A stretch of DNA of 64,000 bases, taken from contig JBAZWB010000001.1 of assembly GCA_041660605.1 (NCBI GenBank), positions 622,503-686,502 on the forward strand. Reading direction: 5' to 3'. A program made the translations under genes and the position numbers. Origin of the DNA: Patescibacteria group bacterium (lineage in GTDB: Bacteria; Patescibacteriota; Patescibacteriia; UBA10025; JAHIVO01). The notes under the pieces were generated by a model. That model made no database searches. It saw only the letters and a program-made list of their open reading frames with translations, and was not told where the DNA came from. Of this stretch, positions 1 through 9,126 are shown piece by piece (the first letter of the stretch is position 1; every line of letters begins with the position of its first letter).

Positions 1-276
1 ATTATTGAAGTTGTTAATTGCCTCGGATAATGAAACTTTGGCATTTTCGAAGTCCTGGCTAGTTAACTGATTTTGGGCTTTTAAGAAATTATCCTTGCCG
101 CTAATCCCCTGCTGGTATATTCTCATAGCCGGCTGCCGATAAATTAAAAAAAGTAAAATCAGCCCGGAAATTAGTATAGCCAAGCTTATTATTGTCCATT
201 TGGTGTATTTATTCTTAAATAATTTTTTTATTCCTGAAGGATGCTTCGGTTGTAAAAAATTATTTTTGTTTTTCAT
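1..276 (-). CDS. Hypothetical membrane-anchored protein, N-terminal fragment. The gene starts near 276 and runs off the window start.
   Basis: Manual translation of the minus strand from the ATG at 276 gives MKNKNNFLQPKHPSGIKKLFKNKYTKWTIISLAILISGLILLFLIYRQPAMRIYQQGISGKDNFLKAQNQ..., with one hydrophobic signal-anchor helix. There is no stop codon before the window edge. It is absent from the ORF track, presumably because it is partial. Confidence 0.35.
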   Translation of the reverse strand, partial: MKNKNNFLQPKHPSGIKKLFKNKYTKWTIISLAILISGLILLFLIYRQPAMRIYQQGISGKDNFLKAQNQLTSQDFENAKVSLSEAINNFNN

Positions 277-1090
277 CTGCATTTATTATTTCTTTTCCTA
301 AATATTTAATAGAATATTTTAACCACGAAACTATATGAATTCGAGTTTGTTTACTAAAAAGGCTTATTATTCCCATCTGCTTGGCGGAATCACGGCTGTA
401 ATAATGCACTATTTCTACATCTGCAATATAAAATACTTTCCAATCATTTTCCCATAAAGTCCGGCACCAATCCATGTCTTCAAAGTACATGAAATATCTT
501 TCATCCATAAGCCCAATCTGACCGATAGCTTCATTTCTGACAATCATACCCGTCCCAATTACCCAGTCTACCGCTTTATTTGATTTGTGATCGAAGTCTA
601 GCATTAAGTGATTCCGAATATTTTTTTGCGCAAAAGGCATTTTTCTGAAAAATGTTCGGCGTAAAATCGGATAAAAAAAAGTTTGAAAGCGGCAGCAAGA
701 TACCTGCGTAGTGCCATTGGGATTAATCAATTTGGGGCCGGCCAGTCCCGCTTCCGGATGGCTGTCCATGAATTGGGCTAGCTTTTCAATGGCGCCTTTC
801 TGAACCACAGTCGTATCCATGTTTAAAATCAAATAATAGCGGCCTTCAATTGATCTAATACCAATATTTACACTGCGTGAGTAGCCAATATTTTTTTCTA
901 ATGGGATAAGTCTGACTTCTGGAAATTGTTCTCTGACCATTTCAACACTATCATCGTTAGAGTGGCTGTCAACCACAGTAATTTTATATTTTAATGTAGC
1001 TTCAGAAAGATTCTCAAACAACGATTTCAAGCATTGTCTCAATAACCCTCGCCCATTATAATTAACTATTACAATTGATATATCAAGCAT
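260..1090 (-). CDS. Family 2 glycosyltransferase
   Basis: The N-terminus is ISIVIVNYNG...VVDSHSNDDS. The fold is GT-A with a DxD-like motif, typical of GT2. Confidence 0.8.
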   Translation of the reverse strand: MLDISIVIVNYNGRGLLRQCLKSLFENLSEATLKYKITVVDSHSNDDSVEMVREQFPEVRLIPLEKNIGYSRSVNIGIRSIEGRYYLILNMDTTVVQKGAIEKLAQFMDSHPEAGLAGPKLINPNGTTQVSCCRFQTFFYPILRRTFFRKMPFAQKNIRNHLMLDFDHKSNKAVDWVIGTGMIVRNEAIGQIGLMDERYFMYFEDMDWCRTLWENDWKVFYIADVEIVHYYSRDSAKQMGIISLFSKQTRIHIVSWLKYSIKYLGKEIINADEKQK

Positions 1091-1156
1091 AATTATGCGA
1101 ATTGTTGTATTTTACGGAAAAATAGACGTGCAGATATTGTACCAAATAAAATGCAT

Positions 1157-2695
1157 TTAATCAATGCTTTTGGGTGCAGATTCAATTTCGCTATCAATTA
1201 AATTTTGCTTAATTAGAAAATCACTAAAAGCTGCGGCAATGACGATCAAAAAAATACCTAGCGGGTGATTCAAATATGGAGTTGTGGCGTGAGTTACCAG
1301 TAACGCAATTAGCGAAAATATCAAACCCAGGACTAATAAATAAACAATTCTGAACTTTGTAATCTTCATAAGTTTCAGGCAATTGCTGAATATTCTCCAT
1401 ATAAAATAAAGATATACGATCAATCCTAGCATCCCGATTTTAATGGCAATATCTAAGTAGCCCCATTCAAATGCATAACTGGTATAGATACCGCCATTGA
1501 CATTTTTTGTCCTCGGATCTGATGATTTGTAACTGACAGTTGTACCAAAACCCGAACCCATTACTGGATTTTCCATTACTTTACTGGCTAATGGTTTAAG
1601 CAGATCATAGCGACTGACCAAAGCAGCTTCTTCTGTTTGAGTGATGCGATCCTTGATCAAACTACCGGTAGAAATTTGATTGGCCTTACTCCCTGGGATT
1701 TTAATATTTACTAAAAAAGTAATTGTCGCTAAATTAATTATAATAATTATTAAGGAAATTAACGCAATTTTTCCCAGACTTTTGATTCCTAATTTTTCTT
1801 TGAATATTAAATATACCAGCAAAAGAACAAAACTAACAGCTAAGGCTAGCCACAGGCTTCGTGAAAAGCTGATTATTAATGTTGTGCTATTTAAAAACAA
1901 CATAATAAATAAAAAAGTCCTATTCTTTCTTTTTAATTCGTCATTTTTATATAAAATTAGGAAAATAATGATTATCAGCAGGGCAAAAACGCACCAGATA
2001 TGGCTTTGAAAAAAAATTCTGGAGTAATTCCCTGAGATGCCTGCGATCTCCCCCACCCTGGTGTCGCGTACCCAGGTATAAACCAAACGTATTAAATCTT
2101 CTTTCGTTTGATGAGAAAAATAAAATAGCAGGAAGAATGTTTTTAAAGAAATTAAAGTCAAGCTTGCTAGCATTATTTTGAAAAAGGCTATGATCTTTTT
2201 ATAAGAATTCACTACCTGATAGGCGATAAAAATCAGACCAAAAAATAAATAAGCATTAACATCAAAAAATACATTTTTTAATATATTATGATGAATAATA
2301 CCACTAACAATACCCCAGGCAATAAAAATAACAAAAATGGTAAGTGGCCAGAATAAATTGCTATTTTTAAACACAATTTTTTTCTCCCTGATTGCGTTTA
2401 CTGCCCAGGCGACAAACACTGCCAAGAAAAGACCTAATCTGATTGATATTCTGAAATTCGACATATCATAATAAAATAAATAGCCAAAAGAGCCGGTAAT
2501 AAGTTCAGCCGTCAAAATCCAGAATCCATATTCTAGACGCCACAGTCCGACAATTAAAGTGCCGATAATCAACAAGAAGAAAATCAGTGAATTCACCAGG
2601 TTAATACTATGTCCTAAAAAGGACAAGGTTTCTAAAATTACAAGTATCAGGAATGTAATTTTGAAATAATTATCGTAAAGCTTTTCCGGTTGCAT
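1157..2695 (-). CDS. O-antigen ligase/polymerase-like (Wzy_C family) polytopic membrane protein
   Basis: About 11 predicted TM helices. An SRSLWLALA motif resembling Wzy_C/WaaL sits in a periplasmic loop. The gene lies in a glycosyltransferase cluster. Confidence 0.6.
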   Translation of the reverse strand: MQPEKLYDNYFKITFLILVILETLSFLGHSINLVNSLIFFLLIIGTLIVGLWRLEYGFWILTAELITGSFGYLFYYDMSNFRISIRLGLFLAVFVAWAVNAIREKKIVFKNSNLFWPLTIFVIFIAWGIVSGIIHHNILKNVFFDVNAYLFFGLIFIAYQVVNSYKKIIAFFKIMLASLTLISLKTFFLLFYFSHQTKEDLIRLVYTWVRDTRVGEIAGISGNYSRIFFQSHIWCVFALLIIIIFLILYKNDELKRKNRTFLFIMLFLNSTTLIISFSRSLWLALAVSFVLLLVYLIFKEKLGIKSLGKIALISLIIIIINLATITFLVNIKIPGSKANQISTGSLIKDRITQTEEAALVSRYDLLKPLASKVMENPVMGSGFGTTVSYKSSDPRTKNVNGGIYTSYAFEWGYLDIAIKIGMLGLIVYLYFIWRIFSNCLKLMKITKFRIVYLLVLGLIFSLIALLVTHATTPYLNHPLGIFLIVIAAAFSDFLIKQNLIDSEIESAPKSID

Positions 2696-3654
2696 TATTT
2701 TTTTACTCTACTTATTAAATTCCAATGCCAAGGAAATTGTTTAAACCCCGGCGTTGATAATAAAAGCTTGTCCACTCCGTTATAAAATCTTTGCAGTTTT
2801 TTAGATGGTTTTGGTTCACGCCCAGCTAAGCGATGTTTTAATCTTAAATAAGAATCGTAAAATTCTAAAGTAAACTTTATTGGCTTTATTTCCAAAATTT
2901 CCAACCCCTGCTGACTAAATAATTTACGCAGCGATTTTTTATTAAAACCCGGGGTTTGATCGTCAGCAATTGAGTCGACTCCCCTCTGTCGTTTATTCCT
3001 GATGTATTTTTTCAACGGTTTCAAAAATTTAAAAATGGTTTTGTATGGCCAGCTGGCAGGTTCTACTCCTAAAATTATGTACCCATTGTTTTTGACTACT
3101 CTTTTCATCTCCTGCAAACCGATGGCAGGATTTTCTAAATGGTGAAATGATGCGGCCATCATTGCTCCGTCAAAACTATTATCCGCAAAGGGCAATTTTT
3201 CAGCTTCTGCTAAAATAAATTTCATTCTATTTAAAACTCCGTATTTCCCGGCTAGATCTCTCGCGTTCCGCAGAGCTTGAATGGAAATATCGGTGGCAAT
3301 TGATACTTTCCCTGATTTTGCTATTTCCATAGAATCTGCTCGGGTGCCGCAGCCTAGCTCGAGAATTAAAGAACCGTTGGGCAGATTTATAAGCGGGCGA
3401 CGGAAATGGTCGTGAAAATAAAAGGTCCTGTTATCCGAAAAATCGGCCGTGACGTTTTTATACTTATAATCCCAAAAATTCTGCTCTATTTTACGAAATT
3501 TTGATTCATTTTTTGTTAGTAAATCAAGTATACCGTCATTATTATTGTATTCGGCCTGGCAATTTAGACAGTGCAACAAATTTTCGTCAATTTTCAATTT
3601 TTGACAGCAATTCGGACAGTGCAATATTGGTAAAATAATTGAAAATTCATTCAT
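2695..3654 (-). CDS. Class I SAM-dependent methyltransferase with an N-terminal Trm112-like zinc ribbon
   Basis: CPNCC...CLNC is a four-Cys ribbon. LELGCGTRADSMEIAKSG is a glycine-rich SAM-binding motif I, and LPFADNSFDGAMM a motif II-like stretch. Confidence 0.75.
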   Translation of the reverse strand: MNEFSIILPILHCPNCCQKLKIDENLLHCLNCQAEYNNNDGILDLLTKNESKFRKIEQNFWDYKYKNVTADFSDNRTFYFHDHFRRPLINLPNGSLILELGCGTRADSMEIAKSGKVSIATDISIQALRNARDLAGKYGVLNRMKFILAEAEKLPFADNSFDGAMMAASFHHLENPAIGLQEMKRVVKNNGYIILGVEPASWPYKTIFKFLKPLKKYIRNKRQRGVDSIADDQTPGFNKKSLRKLFSQQGLEILEIKPIKFTLEFYDSYLRLKHRLAGREPKPSKKLQRFYNGVDKLLLSTPGFKQFPWHWNLISRVKK

Positions 3655-4550
3655 GAAGACTTGTTTTTTAATTTGAATATCTGAACAATTAAAGCTAATA
3701 ATATGCTTATTGGATAAATGATAAGCAAGGCTAAATACTCGAAGATATTTTTATGCTTAAAAAAATAGTAAAGCATACTGCGATTGAATATAATTTGTTT
3801 TGAGAGTGCATTTTTTTGCTTGAAGCTCTGCGCTCTGGCGTGAATTGCTTGCGCTTCAGGGTAATAATAGGTCAGCCAGCCGGCGATTTTGGCTCGTAAA
3901 CATAAATCCACTTCTTCATACCAGATAAAAAAATGAGTGTCAAAAAGTCCGATTTTTTTCAGCAGTTCGCGTTTTATCATAAAAAATGCTCCCATCACCT
4001 GATCAACCGGAGCTAAATTATTATAATCAAAATCGCTCATTATATATTTTTTGTATGGCACCAAATTTCTAAATATCTGATGAAGTTTCAGAAGTAAAGT
4101 TATATGTGAAAATAAATCTGGAAACCGACGGACTGATGGCTGTATGCTGCCATCTGGATATAAAAGCTGGCAACCTAAAATTCCGCACTTTTTCTGAGCC
4201 CTCATGAAGTCAACGGATTTTTCAACTGTTTGGCTGAGTATCTGGGTATCTGGATTTAATACTAATATAAATTCGCCACTGCTTTTTTTTATCCCCTGAT
4301 TGCATGCGGCAGCGAATCCTAAATTGCTGCTATTAGGGATCAAATAAACCTTAGGGAAATTGCTCTTTATCATTTCCACCGTACCATCCTCAGAATCATT
4401 ATCCATTACAAAAACCTCAAAAGTGTTATTATTAATTTTTGAATAAATTGAAGTAAGACAGGCGTGTAATTGGCTTTTGACCCGCCACGATACTATTATT
4501 ATCGAAACATCCATATCCGATATTGTACTAATTTTTAGCCTAAAAATCAA
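3651..4550 (-). CDS. Family 2 glycosyltransferase
   Basis: VSIIIVSWRV...VMDNDSEDGT shows a GT2 DxD motif. The C-terminal region is hydrophobic. Confidence 0.8.
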   Translation of the reverse strand: MIFRLKISTISDMDVSIIIVSWRVKSQLHACLTSIYSKINNNTFEVFVMDNDSEDGTVEMIKSNFPKVYLIPNSSNLGFAAACNQGIKKSSGEFILVLNPDTQILSQTVEKSVDFMRAQKKCGILGCQLLYPDGSIQPSVRRFPDLFSHITLLLKLHQIFRNLVPYKKYIMSDFDYNNLAPVDQVMGAFFMIKRELLKKIGLFDTHFFIWYEEVDLCLRAKIAGWLTYYYPEAQAIHARAQSFKQKNALSKQIIFNRSMLYYFFKHKNIFEYLALLIIYPISILLALIVQIFKLKNKSS

Positions 4551-4605
4551 ATTAAAGTTTATAACAAAAAACGTTATTAATAACTAATAGCGATTAAAAA
4601 CGCAC

Positions 4606-5250
4606 TTATTTTTTAAATTTGTTTATCAGCAGTTTAATGATATTTGTTAAATTAAATTTTGAGATTCCGCCTGTATTTAAAGGTGCGCTGAACAGGCGTT
4701 CGGGAAACCAAATGCCTTCACTGCCTTTTTTATACATACGTTTCCATAGATCCCAGTCTTGAAATCGCTTTAAGTTCTCATCAAAATAAATAAATTTACT
4801 TCTTCTGATCAGTGACATTGTACTGATGTAATTTTGTTTGAGCAGCTTCTCGCCGTTAAACGGAAAAAGATCAAATGTATGCACGCCAAATCTGAAATTT
4901 GAGTAGCAGTAAGCTTTATCCGGATTAGACTGCAAAGTGTTAGCCATTTTTTCAACCATGTCATTTTTTAATCTAACGTCAGAATCGCAAAACAAAATGA
5001 ATTCTCCTTTTGAGATATCAAATCCCCGATTTCGCGCAACAGCCGCACCACTATTTTTTTGTTTTATAATTAATAGCTTATCTTTAAAATTACTTAAAAT
5101 TTCCTGCGTTTTATCAGTTGAACCGTCGTCAACAGCTATAACTTCCAAGTTTTTATAAGTTTGATTAAAAATATCAAGTAGCGTTGCCATTAATGTTTTT
5201 TCTGATTGGTAACATGGGATGATGATGCTAACTAAAGGTATTTTATTCAT
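4606..5250 (-). CDS. Family 2 glycosyltransferase
   Basis: VSIIIPCYQSE...VDDGSTD...CDSD is a classic GT2 signature. Confidence 0.8.
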   Translation of the reverse strand: MNKIPLVSIIIPCYQSEKTLMATLLDIFNQTYKNLEVIAVDDGSTDKTQEILSNFKDKLLIIKQKNSGAAVARNRGFDISKGEFILFCDSDVRLKNDMVEKMANTLQSNPDKAYCYSNFRFGVHTFDLFPFNGEKLLKQNYISTMSLIRRSKFIYFDENLKRFQDWDLWKRMYKKGSEGIWFPERLFSAPLNTGGISKFNLTNIIKLLINKFKK

Positions 5251-6389
5251 TGTAAAATGTTTTTAATTTTTTCCATTTCATTTTGCCACCTATACTCTTT
5301 GATTACTCTATCACGTCCTTGTTCGCCCATTTTTTTACACATTTCCGGGTTTGTTAACAATTGTATTATGTATTTTGCGATTTCTTTTTCTTTTTCAGGC
5401 TCCACAATATACCCTGTATATCCATGCTTAATTACTTCGGAAATGCCACCGGAATTCCCACCAATTACCGGTTTACCGTACAAATTCGCTTCTAAAAACA
5501 CCATACCAAAACCCTCAACATCTACGGTCTCCCCGTTTTTATTCATTAATTCACGGGCCGGCATGGCAAATACATCTGCAGTACGATAAAAATACGGCAA
5601 TTGCTCATTTGTGACATTTTCAAAAAATTCAACTTTTTTTTGCATCCCTAATTTTTCTATTATTTTGCAGATTTCGTCCTTATATGGTCCTTTTCCGACG
5701 ATCAAATATTTTGCGTTTGGTATCATTTTTAGAATATACGGCAAAGAGCGGACCACCATATCCTGGCCTTTTCTCTTAACAATATTGCCAACTGTTAAAA
5801 TTATTTTTTTATCGTTTAAATTGTGCTCATTCTTAAAATTATTGAAAGATTGCTGATCAATTTTCTTTTCTATAATACTTAATGGTACTGGCTGGACTAC
5901 TATCGTATTATTCAAATTCGATCCCAACTCTATGGCCTTGTTGCGGGTATATTCGCTATTAGCAATTATGTAATTCGCATTTTTTAAGATCAGTTTAATT
6001 ATTTTCATCTTTCTCCAGGAATTCCTCATGATTACCAGATCTTGACCATAGACATAAACCAGGTAAGGCGTTTTGTAAATTTTTTTGATAATCAAACAAA
6101 TCAGGCCGATCGGCAATATCTGGCCAGCCTGAATAATTTTAATATTTTCGTTTCTAATTATCTTTCTGACTTTTTTAAGTAATAATAACCATTTGGGCCA
6201 AACAAATCTGAAAGATGAAATCATTTTGGTCCGGAAAATTTTGTATTTAGTTTCCGGGGAAATATTACTTGTTTCAGTCAAAACCACTATATTTTTCGCT
6301 CCCAGGCTATCGCATACGTTCCATAGACTCTTTGAAATACCTCCCTTGATCGGTGGAAAATATAAAGTCACCAATAACGATTTTTTCAT
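5247..6389 (-). CDS. Family 4 (GT-B) glycosyltransferase
   Basis: The C-terminus carries EGFGMVFLEANLYGKPVIGGNSGGISEVI, an E-x7-E GT4 signature. Confidence 0.8.
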   Translation of the reverse strand: MKKSLLVTLYFPPIKGGISKSLWNVCDSLGAKNIVVLTETSNISPETKYKIFRTKMISSFRFVWPKWLLLLKKVRKIIRNENIKIIQAGQILPIGLICLIIKKIYKTPYLVYVYGQDLVIMRNSWRKMKIIKLILKNANYIIANSEYTRNKAIELGSNLNNTIVVQPVPLSIIEKKIDQQSFNNFKNEHNLNDKKIILTVGNIVKRKGQDMVVRSLPYILKMIPNAKYLIVGKGPYKDEICKIIEKLGMQKKVEFFENVTNEQLPYFYRTADVFAMPARELMNKNGETVDVEGFGMVFLEANLYGKPVIGGNSGGISEVIKHGYTGYIVEPEKEKEIAKYIIQLLTNPEMCKKMGEQGRDRVIKEYRWQNEMEKIKNILQ

Positions 6390-7939
6390 AAGAATTTATT
6401 TGCAAAAGAAGAGTATAATGTCTTAATATCATTTTTGTTAACGCCCTTAAAAACGTATAATAAAACAAAATATACAGCCGCACCTAAAGGCATCAGAATG
6501 AATATTGATAAATCATTTTTTAATAATAAAAGCACGATACCCATCAAAGCAGCAGCACAAAATATTTTCAGTAAATAGTTTATCAACTTTTTTTTGTCAT
6601 ATTCTACGATTTTTCCAATCCATCTCAAACCCAGGAAAAACAGTACGATGCCGCTTATCAACGCAGCTACGGCAGCGCCATTTAAACTGTATTTTGGGAT
6701 TAAAATAATGTTTATTATTACATTAATAACCACAATAATGGCCATATTTATTGTGTTAACTACCTGCTTATTGCAGGCATTTAAAAATGCGCCAACAGGA
6801 AAATTCAAGAATACTACGATTAAACCCATAATTAATATCCTCAAAGGCTGAATTGAAGTTTCATAAACGTCCCCATACATAGTCAATATGATTTTATCAG
6901 CCAGTACGAATATTCCGATTGAGATTGGCAGCGATAATACCATCAAATAGTGCATCGCTTTTTCAAAGGTTTTAGCCAGATCTTTTCTCGAGTGTACGAA
7001 AAAATAGCTCATAGCTGGAAAAATACTGGCAGCAAAAGCTGAAGGAATAAACTCAAGCGCATATGTAAGCTTATGTGCCGTAACATACCACCCGACGAAG
7101 CTTTGCCCGGAGATCTTCAGAAGCATGAATCTGTCAGTATAAGTGTAGATTTTGACGAAAATTGCAGCAATTGCAAAAGGTAAAGCGAACTTCATAAACT
7201 TTTTAATGATTTCCATATCCCAGCGCAGCGTTACCCGAATCTTCGCTTTCTTAATCAGCATTGTAAGAGAAAATACAAAATTAAAAATACTTCCTGCGGC
7301 TACTGCAATAAAAAGAGCTTGTAATCCCCAATTCAATGAAATACTTAAAACGCCGAAAATAATGGTTAATATTTGCGTACCAATCATTCCCATTGCTTCA
7401 AATTTCATGTTTTGCAATCCTCGGAAAACCGCAAAAAAAGTCAAGGTAAATGTATCTAAGGCAACTATAACTGCATCAAGATATAAAACCGTTTTTACAA
7501 TATTTGAGTAATTAGAAAAATTTGTGTACAAACCCATAGAAAGTACCACGACCAAAGCAAAAATTAATTTTATGCCTAATACACTGCCAAGATATGATTC
7601 GGTTTTATTCGGGTCTCTGGCAATTTCACGCACCAAAACCACACTTAAACTGAAATCTATCAGGATAAGAAAAATAGGTATTAAAGATTTTACCGGATCA
7701 TAAAGTCCCAGATCCACAGGTCCCAGATATCTGGCAATATATACAAAATACAAAAAAGAGAGAATCTTTTGCAGTATAAAAGCGATGGTAAGATAGCTAG
7801 TATTTTTTAAAATTCTCTCCTGAGCTTGACCGTTATTATATGACGAGTCAATTTGATTAGCGTTTTTGCCATTGAGGAGCTCGTCGTGCTTTTTTAAGTC
7901 CATATTTTTTTCTTTCTTTGACACGAGAATCCCGGACAA
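6386..7939 (-). CDS. Wzx-like polysaccharide flippase (MOP/MATE superfamily)
   Basis: About 12-14 TM helices and a typical Wzx size. It is adjacent to the glycosyltransferases. The annotated 5' end overlaps the rpsI 3' end by 83 nt with no in-frame internal ATG, so the true start is uncertain. Confidence 0.65.
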   Translation of the reverse strand: MSGILVSKKEKNMDLKKHDELLNGKNANQIDSSYNNGQAQERILKNTSYLTIAFILQKILSFLYFVYIARYLGPVDLGLYDPVKSLIPIFLILIDFSLSVVLVREIARDPNKTESYLGSVLGIKLIFALVVVLSMGLYTNFSNYSNIVKTVLYLDAVIVALDTFTLTFFAVFRGLQNMKFEAMGMIGTQILTIIFGVLSISLNWGLQALFIAVAAGSIFNFVFSLTMLIKKAKIRVTLRWDMEIIKKFMKFALPFAIAAIFVKIYTYTDRFMLLKISGQSFVGWYVTAHKLTYALEFIPSAFAASIFPAMSYFFVHSRKDLAKTFEKAMHYLMVLSLPISIGIFVLADKIILTMYGDVYETSIQPLRILIMGLIVVFLNFPVGAFLNACNKQVVNTINMAIIVVINVIINIILIPKYSLNGAAVAALISGIVLFFLGLRWIGKIVEYDKKKLINYLLKIFCAAALMGIVLLLLKNDLSIFILMPLGAAVYFVLLYVFKGVNKNDIKTLYSSFANKFL

Positions 7940-8399
7940 GCAAATTTTTAGATTTTAATATAGGCTTCAAACTAGCATCCAAAGTCACCAGAATTCGGCT
8001 AATACCGAGCTGTATGCTGTAAGCTTGGCCACGCACGCCTCCACCCGTTACTTTAACACTGAAATCGCCAGTATTGCTAAAATTTGTAATCTTTATCGGT
8101 TCAGCTACAATTTGCCGTTCTTCAAAAATTGGGAAATAAGCATTTAAATCTTTCCCGTTTATGCTAATTTTACCATTTCCTTTTTTATAATATCTAACCC
8201 TGGCTACAGCCGATTTGCGTCTCCCTACACAGAAAACATATTCCTTTTTTACAATATTTTTTTCCGCAATTGGTATTGAAACCTTTTCTTGAGCTAAATC
8301 AGTTTTTATTGTTTTCTTTTTTGTGACTGCATGTTTCTTTTTTTTATCAGAAGTTCGCAGTATTTTTGATTTTAATTTAATAGGCGTCATATCAGACAA
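7857..8399 (-). CDS. rpsI: 30S ribosomal protein S9 with a lysine-rich N-terminal extension of about 55 aa
   Basis: GRRKSAVARVRYYKKGNGKISINGK...LVRDSRVKERKKYGLKKARRAPQWQKR is a canonical S9 core and C-terminus. Confidence 0.9.
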   Translation of the reverse strand: MSDMTPIKLKSKILRTSDKKKKHAVTKKKTIKTDLAQEKVSIPIAEKNIVKKEYVFCVGRRKSAVARVRYYKKGNGKISINGKDLNAYFPIFEERQIVAEPIKITNFSNTGDFSVKVTGGGVRGQAYSIQLGISRILVTLDASLKPILKSKNLLVRDSRVKERKKYGLKKARRAPQWQKR

Positions 8400-8757
8400 A
8401 TTTAACTTTTTTAATAATATCTTTTCTCAATTTATTTTTTGGAATCATGTTGTAAAGTACAGAAAATAATAATTTTTTTGGGTCATTCTCAAAAATTGTT
8501 CTCCAATTTTTTTGCTTCATTCCACCGGGATAACCGCTATAATGATACTTTACCATTCCATCCATTTTTTTATCAGTAATTTTAATTTTATCAAAATTTT
8601 TTATCAAAACTGATACCTGAGGTATTACATTTGGAAGATACGAAGGATCTCTCTTCCCAGTCAACATGGAAGCTATTTCACTGGCTAGCCTGCCTATGGA
8701 TTTATTTTCAGCACTAACTTCATAATTGATATGTTTTGATTTTTGGATTTTTACCAT
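8392..8757 (-). CDS. rplM: 50S ribosomal protein L13
   Basis: GRLASEIASMLTGKRDPSYLPNV...YHYSGYPGGMKQ is the L13 signature. The gene is part of an rplM-rpsI pair. Confidence 0.9.
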   Translation of the reverse strand: MVKIQKSKHINYEVSAENKSIGRLASEIASMLTGKRDPSYLPNVIPQVSVLIKNFDKIKITDKKMDGMVKYHYSGYPGGMKQKNWRTIFENDPKKLLFSVLYNMIPKNKLRKDIIKKVKFV

Positions 8758-8761
8758 ATGC

Positions 8762-9112
8762 TTAAATAAATTTTATATAAACTTCTGTTGCACCATCACC
8801 TTTACGCGGTCCGATTTTTAAAATGCTAGTATAGCCTCCTTTTCGGTTTTTATACCTAGGCGCAATATCGTTAAGCAGCTTTGTCGCAATTTTATTATTT
8901 CTAATTTTTGCGAGGATTTGTCGTCTTGCATGCAATCCGCCTTTTTTTGCGGTAGTTATTAATTTTTCTACGTATGAGCGGAGCCTTTTTGCTTTAGATA
9001 CGGTAGTCTTTATTTTTTCATATTCAATTAATGCAACAGCTAAACTTAGCTCAATATTGCGGTAAGCATAGCTGCCTTTTTTAAAATTTTTTTTGGATTT
9101 TTTATGTCTCAT
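8762..9112 (-). CDS. rplQ: 50S ribosomal protein L17
   Basis: MRHKKSKKNFKKGSYAYRN...GGYTSILKIGPRKGDGATEVYIKFI. It follows rpoA as in the conserved alpha operon. Confidence 0.92.
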   Translation of the reverse strand: MRHKKSKKNFKKGSYAYRNIELSLAVALIEYEKIKTTVSKAKRLRSYVEKLITTAKKGGLHARRQILAKIRNNKIATKLLNDIAPRYKNRKGGYTSILKIGPRKGDGATEVYIKFI

Positions 9113-9126
9113 GAATATTCAATAGT

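Noticed and set aside
1680-2009. Plus-strand 109-aa ORF inside the O-antigen-ligase-like gene. Antisense ORFs of the same kind occur at 4937-5158, 5257-5589, 5611-5856, 6193-6426, 6505-6851, 7152-7511, 9518-9718, 13108-13323, 14036-14367, 17037-17267, 17634-17948, 19865-20404, 20833-21246, 23103-24011, 24123-25502, 26549-27121, 27171-27506, 32036-32440, 33857-34096, 35439-35890, 36558-37110, 38376-39002, 40545-40808, 41534-42149, 45466-46207, 46940-47379, 47464-48006, 49349-49555, 50667-51515, 52559-52942, 53142-53859, 54561-54806, 55335-55935, 56431-57070, 57938-58247, 61176-61367 and 61978-62163.
   Set aside because: All lie wholly inside longer opposite-strand or same-locus genes that have strong family-level sequence signatures. 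They have low-complexity or Ile/Phe/Lys-rich translations typical of antisense readings of AT-rich DNA. No motif was recognised in any of them.
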